Assembly (NCBI GenBank): GCA_963701505.1
Contig: CAVOZZ010000009.1
Location: forward strand, 65,770 to 129,769
Length of the DNA stretch: 64,000 nucleotides
Reading direction: 5' to 3'
Origin: an uncultured Gammaproteobacteria bacterium
GTDB taxonomy: Bacteria; Pseudomonadota; Gammaproteobacteria; UBA9214
Shown: piece after piece, positions 10,287-18,599 of the stretch
Layout of the letters: each line of letters begins with the position of its first letter
How positions within the stretch are numbered: the first letter of the stretch is position 1
Position numbers and translations under genes: made by a program
Notes under the pieces: model-generated
Seen by the model: only the letters and a program-made list of their open reading frames with translations
What the model was told of the DNA's origin: nothing
Databases searched by the model: none

Positions 10287-11209
10287 TTGCGGAATGGCTT
10301 GGCAGAATCGGTAATTTCAGCCTGACACTGCTGATCGTGGCCGTCTACGGACTGCTCGTGGGTGCCTTCATCGAACGCACCATCGCCAAGGTGCAGGGCC
10401 GCATCGGCATTCCCTACCGGCAACCGTTTATCAATATCCTGAAAACGCTGGTGAAGCGCACCGCCGTCAGTCACGGCATCATGTTCTACCTCGGGCCGGT
10501 GTTCCGCCTCGCCGGCGGCGTCGGTACGCTGGCCTTCATACCGGTGATCTACGGCAGCGACACCTTCGCGAATTTCAGCTACGCCGGCGACCTGTTCCTG
10601 GTGATCTACTTCATGTTCTTCGGCCAGCTCGGCATGGCGCTGGGCGCCGGCGAAAGCGGCCATCCCTACAGCGCCATCGGCATCGCCCGCGGCCTGTCGC
10701 AAATGACCGCCTACGAGGTGCCCTTCGCGCTGGCAGTGATCTCCATCGTCATCCAGTACGACACCCTGTCGATCACCGAGATCGTGGCCGCGCAGCAGGG
10801 CGGCTGGCAGCACTGGACGCTGTTCACCAACTGGGTGGCGACGCTGGCCGCGATGCTGGCATTTCTCGGCATGACCGGCTATTCGCCCTTCGACATCTTC
10901 CTGGCGCCGCAGGAGATACCGATTGGCCCGCCGACCGAGTTCCACAGCGCCTTCCTGTCGATGCTGCAGACCAACCGCGCCTTGTTCGGGGCCACCAAGC
11001 TGATCCTGTTCATGAACCTGTTTTTCGGCGGCGCCACCGGCTGGATCGAATTGATGATCAAAACCCTGGCAATCTACATGGTTGCAGTGGTCGTCGGTGT
11101 GGCGTTTCCGCGCTTCCGCGTCGACCAGTCGATCCGCTTCTTCTTCAAGTACCCGACACTCATCGGCATCGCGTCTATAGTGTATGTACAGATGGTAATC
11201 GCACCCTGA
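10283..11209 (+). CDS. NuoH-like membrane subunit (MbxM/MbhM/HyfC/CooK family)
   Basis: 308 aa, polytopic. Motifs IERTIAKVQGRIGIPYRQPFINILK and GESGHPYSAIGIARGLSQMTAYEVPFAL are NuoH/ND1-type. Confidence 0.85.
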   Translation: MIAEWLGRIGNFSLTLLIVAVYGLLVGAFIERTIAKVQGRIGIPYRQPFINILKTLVKRTAVSHGIMFYLGPVFRLAGGVGTLAFIPVIYGSDTFANFSYAGDLFLVIYFMFFGQLGMALGAGESGHPYSAIGIARGLSQMTAYEVPFALAVISIVIQYDTLSITEIVAAQQGGWQHWTLFTNWVATLAAMLAFLGMTGYSPFDIFLAPQEIPIGPPTEFHSAFLSMLQTNRALFGATKLILFMNLFFGGATGWIELMIKTLAIYMVAVVVGVAFPRFRVDQSIRFFFKYPTLIGIASIVYVQMVIAP

Positions 11210-11246
11210 AAACGCGGCGCGACATGCCGAGCGTGAGGACCTGACC

Positions 11247-11879
11247 ATGACAAAAGACCTGAGCACCGAAGCAACCCTGGAAAATGCCGGCTTATCCGTC
11301 GAGGACCGGCAGCTGTTCTCCAATGCGCGGCCGCGCGCCTATGAACCCTACCCGATCAAGGCGGTGGAGGATTTCGCCAACTGGGCGCGGGCGAATTCGC
11401 TGTGGATCCTGGCCTTCGGCACCGGCTGCTGCTCGATCGAGCTGCGCCCGCTGATGACGGCGCGCTTCGACGCCAGCCGCTTCGGTGTTGCCGGCCGGCC
11501 GACGCCGCGGCAGTCGTCGCTGTTCATCATCGGCGGCTACGTCTCGGTAAAAACGCTGAAGCGCATCGTGCGCAGCTACGAGCAGATGCAGGGGCCGAAA
11601 TTCATCATCGCGCTCGGCAGCTGTCCGGCCAACGGCGGCATGTACTTCGACAGCTACAACACCATCAACCAGTTCGACCTGTACCTGCCGGTGGACCTGT
11701 ACGTCACCGGCTGCATGCCGCGGCCGGAAGCGCTGCTCGGCGCCATCCTGGAACTGCAGGATGACATCAAGGCGGGCAAGTGTGACGGCGCCAACCGCTA
11801 TATCGAACACTTCGACGAATACAAGGCCAACCAGAAGAAGGTCATCAAGGACTGGAACATGCCGGATTACAACTGGTAA
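11247..11879 (+). CDS. NuoB-like [4Fe-4S] subunit (MbxJ / hydrogenase small-subunit-like)
   Basis: 210 aa. All four N2-type cluster Cys are present: GTGCCSIE (two), GSCPANGG, VTGCMPRPEAL. Confidence 0.9.
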   Translation: MTKDLSTEATLENAGLSVEDRQLFSNARPRAYEPYPIKAVEDFANWARANSLWILAFGTGCCSIELRPLMTARFDASRFGVAGRPTPRQSSLFIIGGYVSVKTLKRIVRSYEQMQGPKFIIALGSCPANGGMYFDSYNTINQFDLYLPVDLYVTGCMPRPEALLGAILELQDDIKAGKCDGANRYIEHFDEYKANQKKVIKDWNMPDYNW

Positions 11880-11914
11880 TCCCATGACACACGATCGAGC
11901 CCGGAAATACAATT

Positions 11915-12457
11915 ATGAGTGAACTGCTGGACAGACTGGTGCGCGATTTCGGTGTCACGGAGATCACCGAGCGCCTTCCGGCGATCACCACGCTGAAAGT
12001 GAGCAAGGAAAACGGCGAACGGCTGATCCGTGAACTGCGCGACCGCGAGGGCTTCACCCACCTGAATTTCATCGCCTGCACCGACTGGATCGAGGACGGC
12101 ATTTTCAGGCTGGTGTACATGCTGCACAACTACGACAGCAAACAGAACCTCGGCGTACACATCGACATCGACCGCGACAACGCCGAGATGACTTCCATCC
12201 ATACGCTGTGGGCGCAGGCCTGGACCTACCAGCGCGAACTGCGCGAGATGTACGGCATCCACTTTCCCGGCAGCCCGCGACTCGAGGAGAATTTCTGCCT
12301 CGAAGGCTGGGACGCAATGCCGCCGATGCGGCGTGATTTCGACACCGCGAAATACAGCGCGGAACGCTTCGGTCACCGCGAGGGCCGCGTCAGCCTGGTG
12401 CCGCGCGACCATATGAAGGTGCAGCTCTATCCGAATCGTGGAGGGGATAAGTCATGA
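11915..12457 (+). CDS. NuoC-like subunit (MbxK-like)
   Basis: 180 aa. Motifs FTHLNFIACTDW and TYQRELREMYGIHFPGSP are the NuoC/30 kDa family signature. Confidence 0.85.
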   Translation: MSELLDRLVRDFGVTEITERLPAITTLKVSKENGERLIRELRDREGFTHLNFIACTDWIEDGIFRLVYMLHNYDSKQNLGVHIDIDRDNAEMTSIHTLWAQAWTYQRELREMYGIHFPGSPRLEENFCLEGWDAMPPMRRDFDTAKYSAERFGHREGRVSLVPRDHMKVQLYPNRGGDKS

Positions 12458-13623
12458 CGTTATCAACCGGCCATTCCGCCGCGCTGGACTTCGCCCAGCC
12501 CGAACCGGTCGACCTGTCATCGGGTAAATACGTCAAGCTGTGGCAGGGTCCGCAGCATCCCGGCATCACCGGCAACATGTCGCTGGAACTGACACTGGAC
12601 GGCGACACCATCATCGAGTGCAAGACCCACGTCGGTTACCTGCACCGCGGCTTCGAGAAGCTGATGGAGCAGCGCAACTTTATCCAGAACTTCACCGTGG
12701 TGTGCCGCATCGCGGTTCCCGAACCGGCCTTCAACGAATACCTGTACGCGGCCGCGATCGAGGCGATCAGCGGCGTCGAGTCACCGCCGCGCGCGCAGTG
12801 GCTGCGCACGCTGAACCTCGAAATGATGCGCCTCGCCAGTTTCCTGATGTGGATCGGCGGCCAGGGCGGCGCCTTCGGCCAGTACACCGTGGCCAACTGG
12901 ACGCTCACCTACCGCGACTACGTGCTGGATCTGTTCGAGGAAATGACGGGCGCGCGCATCTACCACATGTACATGGTGCCCGGCGGCGTACGCGCCGGAC
13001 TGCCGGCTGGATTCGAGCAACGCATCCTCGAGCTGATGAACAACACCGACAAGCTGCTCGACCAGGTCGAGCGCGTGATGTACAACAACGTGGTGTTCAA
13101 GGCGCGCGCCAGGGGCCTCGGCGTGATTACCCCGGAACTGGTAGATCCGTACGGTGTGGTCGGTCCGAATGCGCGCGCCAGCGGTTTCCGCCGCGACCTG
13201 CGCAAGGACGAACCCTACCTGGTGTACGACCAGCTCGATTTCAGCGTCATCAGCGGCAGTGCCGGCGATGCCTACGAACGCGCCTGGCTGCGTTTGCAGG
13301 AAACCCGCCAGAGCATCAACCTGATCCGCCAGGTAATTGCCGGCGCACCGTCGGACGGTCCGTTCCAGGCAGACATGCCGAACTTGCTGCACTGGAAGGT
13401 GCCGGCCGGCGAGACCTACGTCAAGGCCGAGTGCACCCGCGGCGAATACGGCTACTACATGGTTACCGACGGCACCGAGATCGTGCGCCGCGTGCACGTG
13501 CGCGGTCCGAGCTACACCCATGCCATCGCATTGATGGAGCGCCTCGCGGTCGGCACCAACATCGCGGACATCGCCGGCCTGATGGTATCGCTGCACACCT
13601 ATCCGCCCGAGATTGAGAGGTAA
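12454..13623 (+). CDS. NuoD / [NiFe]-hydrogenase large-subunit-like catalytic subunit lacking the NiFe Cys ligand pairs (MbxL/Ehr-like)
   Basis: 389 aa. GPQHPGITGNMSLEL and GYLHRGFEKL are NuoD/group-4 motifs. The N-terminal RxCGxC position reads VVCRIAVPEP. The C-terminal DPCxxC position reads SLHTYPPEIER, with no Cys. Confidence 0.9.
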   Translation: MTLSTGHSAALDFAQPEPVDLSSGKYVKLWQGPQHPGITGNMSLELTLDGDTIIECKTHVGYLHRGFEKLMEQRNFIQNFTVVCRIAVPEPAFNEYLYAAAIEAISGVESPPRAQWLRTLNLEMMRLASFLMWIGGQGGAFGQYTVANWTLTYRDYVLDLFEEMTGARIYHMYMVPGGVRAGLPAGFEQRILELMNNTDKLLDQVERVMYNNVVFKARARGLGVITPELVDPYGVVGPNARASGFRRDLRKDEPYLVYDQLDFSVISGSAGDAYERAWLRLQETRQSINLIRQVIAGAPSDGPFQADMPNLLHWKVPAGETYVKAECTRGEYGYYMVTDGTEIVRRVHVRGPSYTHAIALMERLAVGTNIADIAGLMVSLHTYPPEIER

Positions 13624-13635
13624 GCAGTAAATATC

Positions 13636-15444
13636 ATGAGCCTGAAAGACCTGCTATCCCCGTTCTATGTCTGGCAACGCGCCTTCGAGAAACCCTATAC
13701 CTCCATCCGTCCGATCCAGGAGCGCCCCGGTGCGGCCGCCTATCGCGGCTTTCACATCAATATCAGCGAGGAATGCATCGGCTGCGGCACCTGCCACAAG
13801 ATCTGCCAGAACGACGCGATCGATATGGTCCGGGTCGAGGCATACGAAGGTCGCAGTGGCGACAGTGGCTTGCGCCCGCGCTTCGACTATGGCCGCTGCT
13901 GCTGGTGCGCCCTGTGCGTCGATATGTGTCCCGCCGGTTCCCTGCGCATGAGCAACGAGTACACCTGGATCACCAGCGACCCAACCACGTATCACTTCAC
14001 CGCGGGCGTTGAACACACCACCTGGCAGGAGAATCCGCTGGGCTACCGCCGCGCGGAAGGCTACCATCTCTACCCGCCCAAACGCATCGACATGGAGATG
14101 CGGCCACCGGCAGAGAGCGTACAGTCATTCGATGAAGTGGTGCTGGGCTACAGCGAGTCACAGGCGCTGCTGGAAGCCGACCGCTGCATCGAATGCGGCA
14201 TCTGCGTCGCCACCTGCCCGGCGCACATGGACGTTCCCGACTACATCCGCAGCATCCGTGACCGCGATTACGAGAAGGGTCTGCAGCTGATGTACCGCAC
14301 CAATCCCTTCCCCGCCACCTGCGGGCGCATCTGCACGCGCCGCTGCGAGTCGGTGTGCCCGGTTGGCATCCAGGGAGAACCGATCGCCATTCGCTGGCTG
14401 AAACGTTTCATCGTCGACCAGATCCAGCCGCAGGACTATGCGCGCATACTTGCCGACCAGAGCGGACACAGTGGCCGCCGCATCGCCATCATCGGCGCCG
14501 GCCCCGGTGGTCTGAGTGCCGCCTATTACCTGCGCAAGCAAGGCCACGCGGTGACGGTGTTCGAGGCGCAGGAAAGCGCCGGCGGCATGCTGCGCTACGG
14601 CGTGCCCAGCTACCGCCTGCCGGACGCGGATCTCGACAAGGACATCAATTACATCGTGTCACTCGGTGTGGACATCCGCTACAACACACGTGTCGGCAAG
14701 GACATCGCCTTCGAAGAACTGCTGCAGGACTACGATGCCCTGTTCCTGTCCACCGGCCTGTCGGTGCCCTCCAGCATGCGCATCCAGGGCGAGGACCATC
14801 CGCGCGTGCTGTCCGGCCTGCAGGTGCTTGCCGATGTCGCCAGCGGTCGCGACCCGGGCATCGGCCACAAGGTTGCCGTCATCGGCGGCGGCAACGTTGC
14901 CATGGACGCAGCACGGGTCGCGCGGCGTCTCGGCGCCGCTGTCACCATCCTCTACCGCCGTCGGATCGCCGACATGCCGGCGGATGTCGAGGAAATAAAC
15001 GAGTCACAGGAAGAAGGCTGCCGCATCGTCACCCAGGCGATCCCGGTTGAAATCATTGCGGCGGACAGCCCGCAACAGGTTGCGATCAAGTGGGGAGAAG
15101 CCGAAATGGTGCAGGACCCGAAAGGCGGCCGGCCACGCCCGGTGCTGCAGGAAGACAGGATGCATGTAGAAACTTACGACTGCATCGTCTCGGCCATCGG
15201 CCAAAGCAGCGACCTCGACTTCCTGTCAAAGGAGATACAGGACCAGCTGGCCATCGAGTGGGGCAAATTCACGCCGGGTGAATACCAGCACACATCGCTG
15301 GCGAAGATTTTCGCCGGCGGTGACGTCGCCAATCGCACCGCCGATGCCATCAGCGCCATCGAGGACGGCCATCATGCCGCGCGCGGCATCGACCGGTTCC
15401 TGAACCCGGATACCCGGATGCATACAGACGAGGAGGTGAACTGA
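13636..15444 (+). CDS. fusion protein: NuoI/MbxN-like 2x[4Fe-4S] ferredoxin domain + GltD/SudA/NfnB-like FAD/NAD(P)H oxidoreductase
   Basis: 602 aa. The N-terminus has CIGCGTCHKICQ and CCWCALCVDMCP. The GltD-type Fe-S region follows (CIECGICVATCP...CGRICTRRCESVCP). Then come two Rossmann motifs, IAIIGAGPGGLSAAYYL and VAVIGGGNVAMDAAR, and GGDV near the C-terminus. Confidence 0.85.
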   Translation: MSLKDLLSPFYVWQRAFEKPYTSIRPIQERPGAAAYRGFHINISEECIGCGTCHKICQNDAIDMVRVEAYEGRSGDSGLRPRFDYGRCCWCALCVDMCPAGSLRMSNEYTWITSDPTTYHFTAGVEHTTWQENPLGYRRAEGYHLYPPKRIDMEMRPPAESVQSFDEVVLGYSESQALLEADRCIECGICVATCPAHMDVPDYIRSIRDRDYEKGLQLMYRTNPFPATCGRICTRRCESVCPVGIQGEPIAIRWLKRFIVDQIQPQDYARILADQSGHSGRRIAIIGAGPGGLSAAYYLRKQGHAVTVFEAQESAGGMLRYGVPSYRLPDADLDKDINYIVSLGVDIRYNTRVGKDIAFEELLQDYDALFLSTGLSVPSSMRIQGEDHPRVLSGLQVLADVASGRDPGIGHKVAVIGGGNVAMDAARVARRLGAAVTILYRRRIADMPADVEEINESQEEGCRIVTQAIPVEIIAADSPQQVAIKWGEAEMVQDPKGGRPRPVLQEDRMHVETYDCIVSAIGQSSDLDFLSKEIQDQLAIEWGKFTPGEYQHTSLAKIFAGGDVANRTADAISAIEDGHHAARGIDRFLNPDTRMHTDEEVN

Positions 15445-15445
15445 C

Positions 15446-15892
15446 ATGAACAGCGTGGATGAAATACTCGACTATGCCATTGACCAGGAACAGCAGGCCG
15501 CTGACTTCTACGCGGAGCTGGCCGGCCGCGCCGAAAAGGCCGGCATGAAAGATATCCTGCTGGATTTCTCCGCAGAGGAACAAAGCCACAAGCAACGACT
15601 GCTGGCGGTAAAGGCCGGTGACCACGAGCTGACACCGGAACAGCAGGTGCTGGACCTGAAGATCTCCGACTACCTTGTCGAGGTCGGCGCCAGCGCCAAC
15701 ATCTCCTACCAGGACGCCCTGATCGTCGCCATGAAACGTGAACGTGCTGCCTTCCAGCTGTACAGCGACATGGCCGCAAAGGTTCCGGAGGGCCATCTGA
15801 AGGAAGTCCTGCAGGGCCTCGCCAAGGAAGAGGCCAAGCACAAGCTGTTCTTTGAATCCGAGTACGACGAGCGCGTCTTGATGGATAACTAG
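15446..15892 (+). CDS. rubrerythrin/ferritin-like diiron four-helix-bundle protein (no rubredoxin domain)
   Basis: 148 aa. Two E-x-x-H motifs (EEQSH, EEAKH), each preceded by a helix carrying a conserved Glu (ADFYAEL, MKRERAAF). The start lies 1 nt after the upstream stop. Confidence 0.7.
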   Translation: MNSVDEILDYAIDQEQQAADFYAELAGRAEKAGMKDILLDFSAEEQSHKQRLLAVKAGDHELTPEQQVLDLKISDYLVEVGASANISYQDALIVAMKRERAAFQLYSDMAAKVPEGHLKEVLQGLAKEEAKHKLFFESEYDERVLMDN

Positions 15893-16075
15893 TGCTCTTC
15901 CCGCCTGATACCAACGGTATGCTGAACTGTAGTTAAACTGGGCACCAAATTTTTTTACTGGCCACGGAAGCACACGGAATTACACGGAAAAAAGTATTTT
16001 ATGGTTTTTATTCTTCCGTGTTTTCCGTGTGTTTTCGTGGCAATCCTGTCCGTCTTTATCAGATTGAGGCAGTGC
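15890..16075. repeat. left copy of a ~190 bp inverted repeat flanking ppsA; contains the palindromic CACGGAA-rich core (15961-16041)
   Basis: Aligns by eye at roughly three-quarters identity with the reverse complement of 18600-18794. Matching stretches include tagtgctctt..., gctgaac, gggcacc(a/c)aattt, ccacggaagcacacgg and atcctgtccgtctttat(c/t)agattgaggcagt. Confidence 0.8.
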
Positions 16076-16158
16076 TCCGCAGGCTGGGCTTCGTACCTCA
16101 GCCCAACCTGCAAATGACTTTTTTCTGTATTTTCTAAATACACCCGGGGGGCAGACCA

Positions 16159-18582
16159 ATGCAGCAGTTCGAGTACGTACGCCGTTTTCGGGAGCTCGGC
16201 ATCGACGACGTGTCGCTGGTCGGCGGCAAGAATGCCTCACTGGGGGAGATGTACCAGGCCCTGTCGGGTGAAGGCGTCAGGGTTCCCAACGGCTTTGCCA
16301 CCACGGCACAGGCCTATCGCGACTACCTGACACACAACCAACTGGAGGCACCCATTCAGCAGGCGCTGGCACAGCTGGATGTCGATGATGTCGATGCGCT
16401 GGCCAAAACCGGCGCGCAGATACGCGGCTGGATCGTCGACGCGGAACTGCCGCCACAGCTGGTCAGCGAGATTACCGCTGCCTACGCGGAGATGACCGCA
16501 GAATACGGCGTTGATACCGATGTTGCCGTGCGCAGTTCGGCAACCGCCGAAGACCTGCCGGATGCCTCCTTTGCCGGCCAGCAGGAGACCTATCTGAATA
16601 TCTGCGGCACGGAGCACCTGCTGCGTACCTGCAAGCGGGTGCTGGCCTCGCTGTTCACGGACCGCGCCATTCATTACCGTGTCGACAAGGGCTTTGAGCA
16701 CATGAGCATTGCGCTGTCCATCGGAGTGCAGAAGATGGTGCGTTCCGACCTTGGTGCCTCGGGTGTGATGTTTACCCTCGACACGGAGAGCGGTTTCCGC
16801 GACGTGGTCATGGTCACCTCGGCCTACGGCCTGGGCGAGAATGTCGTACAGGGCGCGGTCAATCCGGACGAGTTCCTGGTGTTCAAGCCGACCCTGGAAC
16901 AGGAAAAGCGGCCCATTATCCGTCGCCACCTCGGTGAAAAGGCCATCAAGATGATCTACACAAAGGATCCGGTCACGGCCGAGGCCACCCGCAACGTCGC
17001 GGTGAAAAAGTCGGAACAGCAACGCTTCTCGATCAGCGATGACGAGGTGCTGCAGCTGGCGCGCTACGCCACCATCATCGAGCGTCACTATTCCGCACAT
17101 GCCGGCAAGCCGCGCCCCATGGATATTGAATGGGCAAAGGACGGCATCAGCGGTGAACTGTTTATCGTGCAGGCGCGCCCGGAAACCGTGCACTCGATGC
17201 GCAGCGATGCCTTCCAGGAGATCTACAGCATCAAGGAACGCGGCAAGGTACTGACACAGGGCAAGAGTGTCGGCGCCAAGGTGGGTGCCGGGCGGGCACG
17301 CATTATCCTCGAAGCGGCACACATGCATGACCTGCTGCCGGGCGAGGTGCTGGTCACCGATATTACCGACCCGGACTGGGAACCGGTCATGAAGATCGCC
17401 AGCGCCATTGTCACCAATCGTGGCGGCCGTGTCTGCCATGCGGCGATCGTAGCACGCGAACTCGGTATCCCGGCCGTGGTCGGCAGCGTTGACGCCACCC
17501 ATGACATCCCGGACGGCCAGGAGGTCACGGTCTCCTGTGTCGAGGGGGATACCGGTTTTGTCTATGAGGGCCTGCTGCCCTACTCCAGTGAACGGGTTGA
17601 CCTGGGCGGACTGCAGCGCCCGCAAACCCGCATTATGCTGATCGTCGGCAACCCGGTGCAGGCGCTGGAATTTGCGGCCTTCCCGAATGACGGCGTCGGT
17701 CTGGCGCGACTGGAATTCATCATCAACAACAGCATCGGCATTCACCCGCGTGCCATCCTGGAACACACCCGCCTGGACGAGGATATCCAGCAACAGATTG
17801 CCAGCCGCTCCGCAGGTTATGCCAGTCCACGCGATTTCTACATCAACCGGCTGGCCGAGGGCGTCGGCACCATTGCCGCGGCCTTCTATCCAAAACCGGT
17901 GACCGCTCGCCTCAGCGATTTCAAGTCAAATGAATACGCCGCCCTGCTCGGCGGTGAAGGTTTCGAGCCGCGCGAGGAAAACCCCATGATCGGCTTTCGC
18001 GGTGCCAGCCGCTATCACTCGGATGCCTTTGCAGAGTGTTTTGCACTGGAATGCGCCGCCATGAAGAAGGTGCGTGAGGAAATGGGGCTCGATAACCTGG
18101 AATTGATGATTCCCTTTGCCCGCACGGTCGGGGAAGTACAGCAGGTACTGGAGGTGATGTCACGGCAGGGCCTGCGGCGGGGAGAAAACGGACTGAAGAT
18201 CAAGCTGATGTGCGAGATCCCGGCCAATGCGCTACTCGCCAGCCAGTTTCTCGAACACTGTGACGGTTTCTCCATCGGTTCCAACGACCTGACCCAGCTG
18301 ACGCTCGGTGTGGACCGCGACTCCGGGTTGCTGAGCGGTTATGACGAACGCAACGAGGCCGTCACTGCCCTGATGGGGATGGCCATCAAGGCCTGCCAGG
18401 CAGCCGGCAAGTTTGTCGGTATCTGCGGGCAGGCGCCCTCCGATTTTCCGGAGGTTACCCGCTGGCTGGTGCAACAGGGGATCGAGTCCATTTCACTCAA
18501 CCCGGACAGTATTCTGAAGATGACCGGGGTCGTGCTGGAAATAGAACGCGAACTGCACCGGGGCAACAGCGACAGCCCTTGA
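16159..18582 (+). CDS. ppsA: phosphoenolpyruvate synthase (pyruvate, water dikinase)
   Basis: Uninterrupted 807 aa ORF. Motifs VGGKNASLGEMY (ATP-grasp N-terminus), TNRGGRVCHAAIVARELGIPAVVG (phosphohistidine domain) and the C-terminal PEP-utilising domain GFSIGSNDLTQL. Confidence 0.95.
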   Translation: MQQFEYVRRFRELGIDDVSLVGGKNASLGEMYQALSGEGVRVPNGFATTAQAYRDYLTHNQLEAPIQQALAQLDVDDVDALAKTGAQIRGWIVDAELPPQLVSEITAAYAEMTAEYGVDTDVAVRSSATAEDLPDASFAGQQETYLNICGTEHLLRTCKRVLASLFTDRAIHYRVDKGFEHMSIALSIGVQKMVRSDLGASGVMFTLDTESGFRDVVMVTSAYGLGENVVQGAVNPDEFLVFKPTLEQEKRPIIRRHLGEKAIKMIYTKDPVTAEATRNVAVKKSEQQRFSISDDEVLQLARYATIIERHYSAHAGKPRPMDIEWAKDGISGELFIVQARPETVHSMRSDAFQEIYSIKERGKVLTQGKSVGAKVGAGRARIILEAAHMHDLLPGEVLVTDITDPDWEPVMKIASAIVTNRGGRVCHAAIVARELGIPAVVGSVDATHDIPDGQEVTVSCVEGDTGFVYEGLLPYSSERVDLGGLQRPQTRIMLIVGNPVQALEFAAFPNDGVGLARLEFIINNSIGIHPRAILEHTRLDEDIQQQIASRSAGYASPRDFYINRLAEGVGTIAAAFYPKPVTARLSDFKSNEYAALLGGEGFEPREENPMIGFRGASRYHSDAFAECFALECAAMKKVREEMGLDNLELMIPFARTVGEVQQVLEVMSRQGLRRGENGLKIKLMCEIPANALLASQFLEHCDGFSIGSNDLTQLTLGVDRDSGLLSGYDERNEAVTALMGMAIKACQAAGKFVGICGQAPSDFPEVTRWLVQQGIESISLNPDSILKMTGVVLEIERELHRGNSDSP

Positions 18583-18599
18583 AGGCTTGCCGGCCGCTA

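Noticed and set aside
12454-13623. Calling the large-subunit-like protein a [NiFe]-hydrogenase (Ech/Hyf/Mbh type).
   Set aside because: Both CxxC NiFe-ligand motifs are missing, with one Cys left at the first site and none at the C-terminus. No hyp maturation or endopeptidase genes are nearby.
16237-17793. Long antisense ORFs in the supplied track. Examples: 16237..17793 (518 aa) opposite ppsA, 10220..11323 opposite the NuoH-like gene, 12781..13596 opposite the NuoD-like gene, 23903..25309 opposite the GltD-like gene, 8910..9908 opposite the antiporter subunit, and 5403..6086.
   Set aside because: All are Arg/Ala/Gly/His-rich low-complexity translations typical of the non-coding strand of GC-rich genes. 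Each lies entirely opposite a gene with clear family motifs. None has a recognisable motif.
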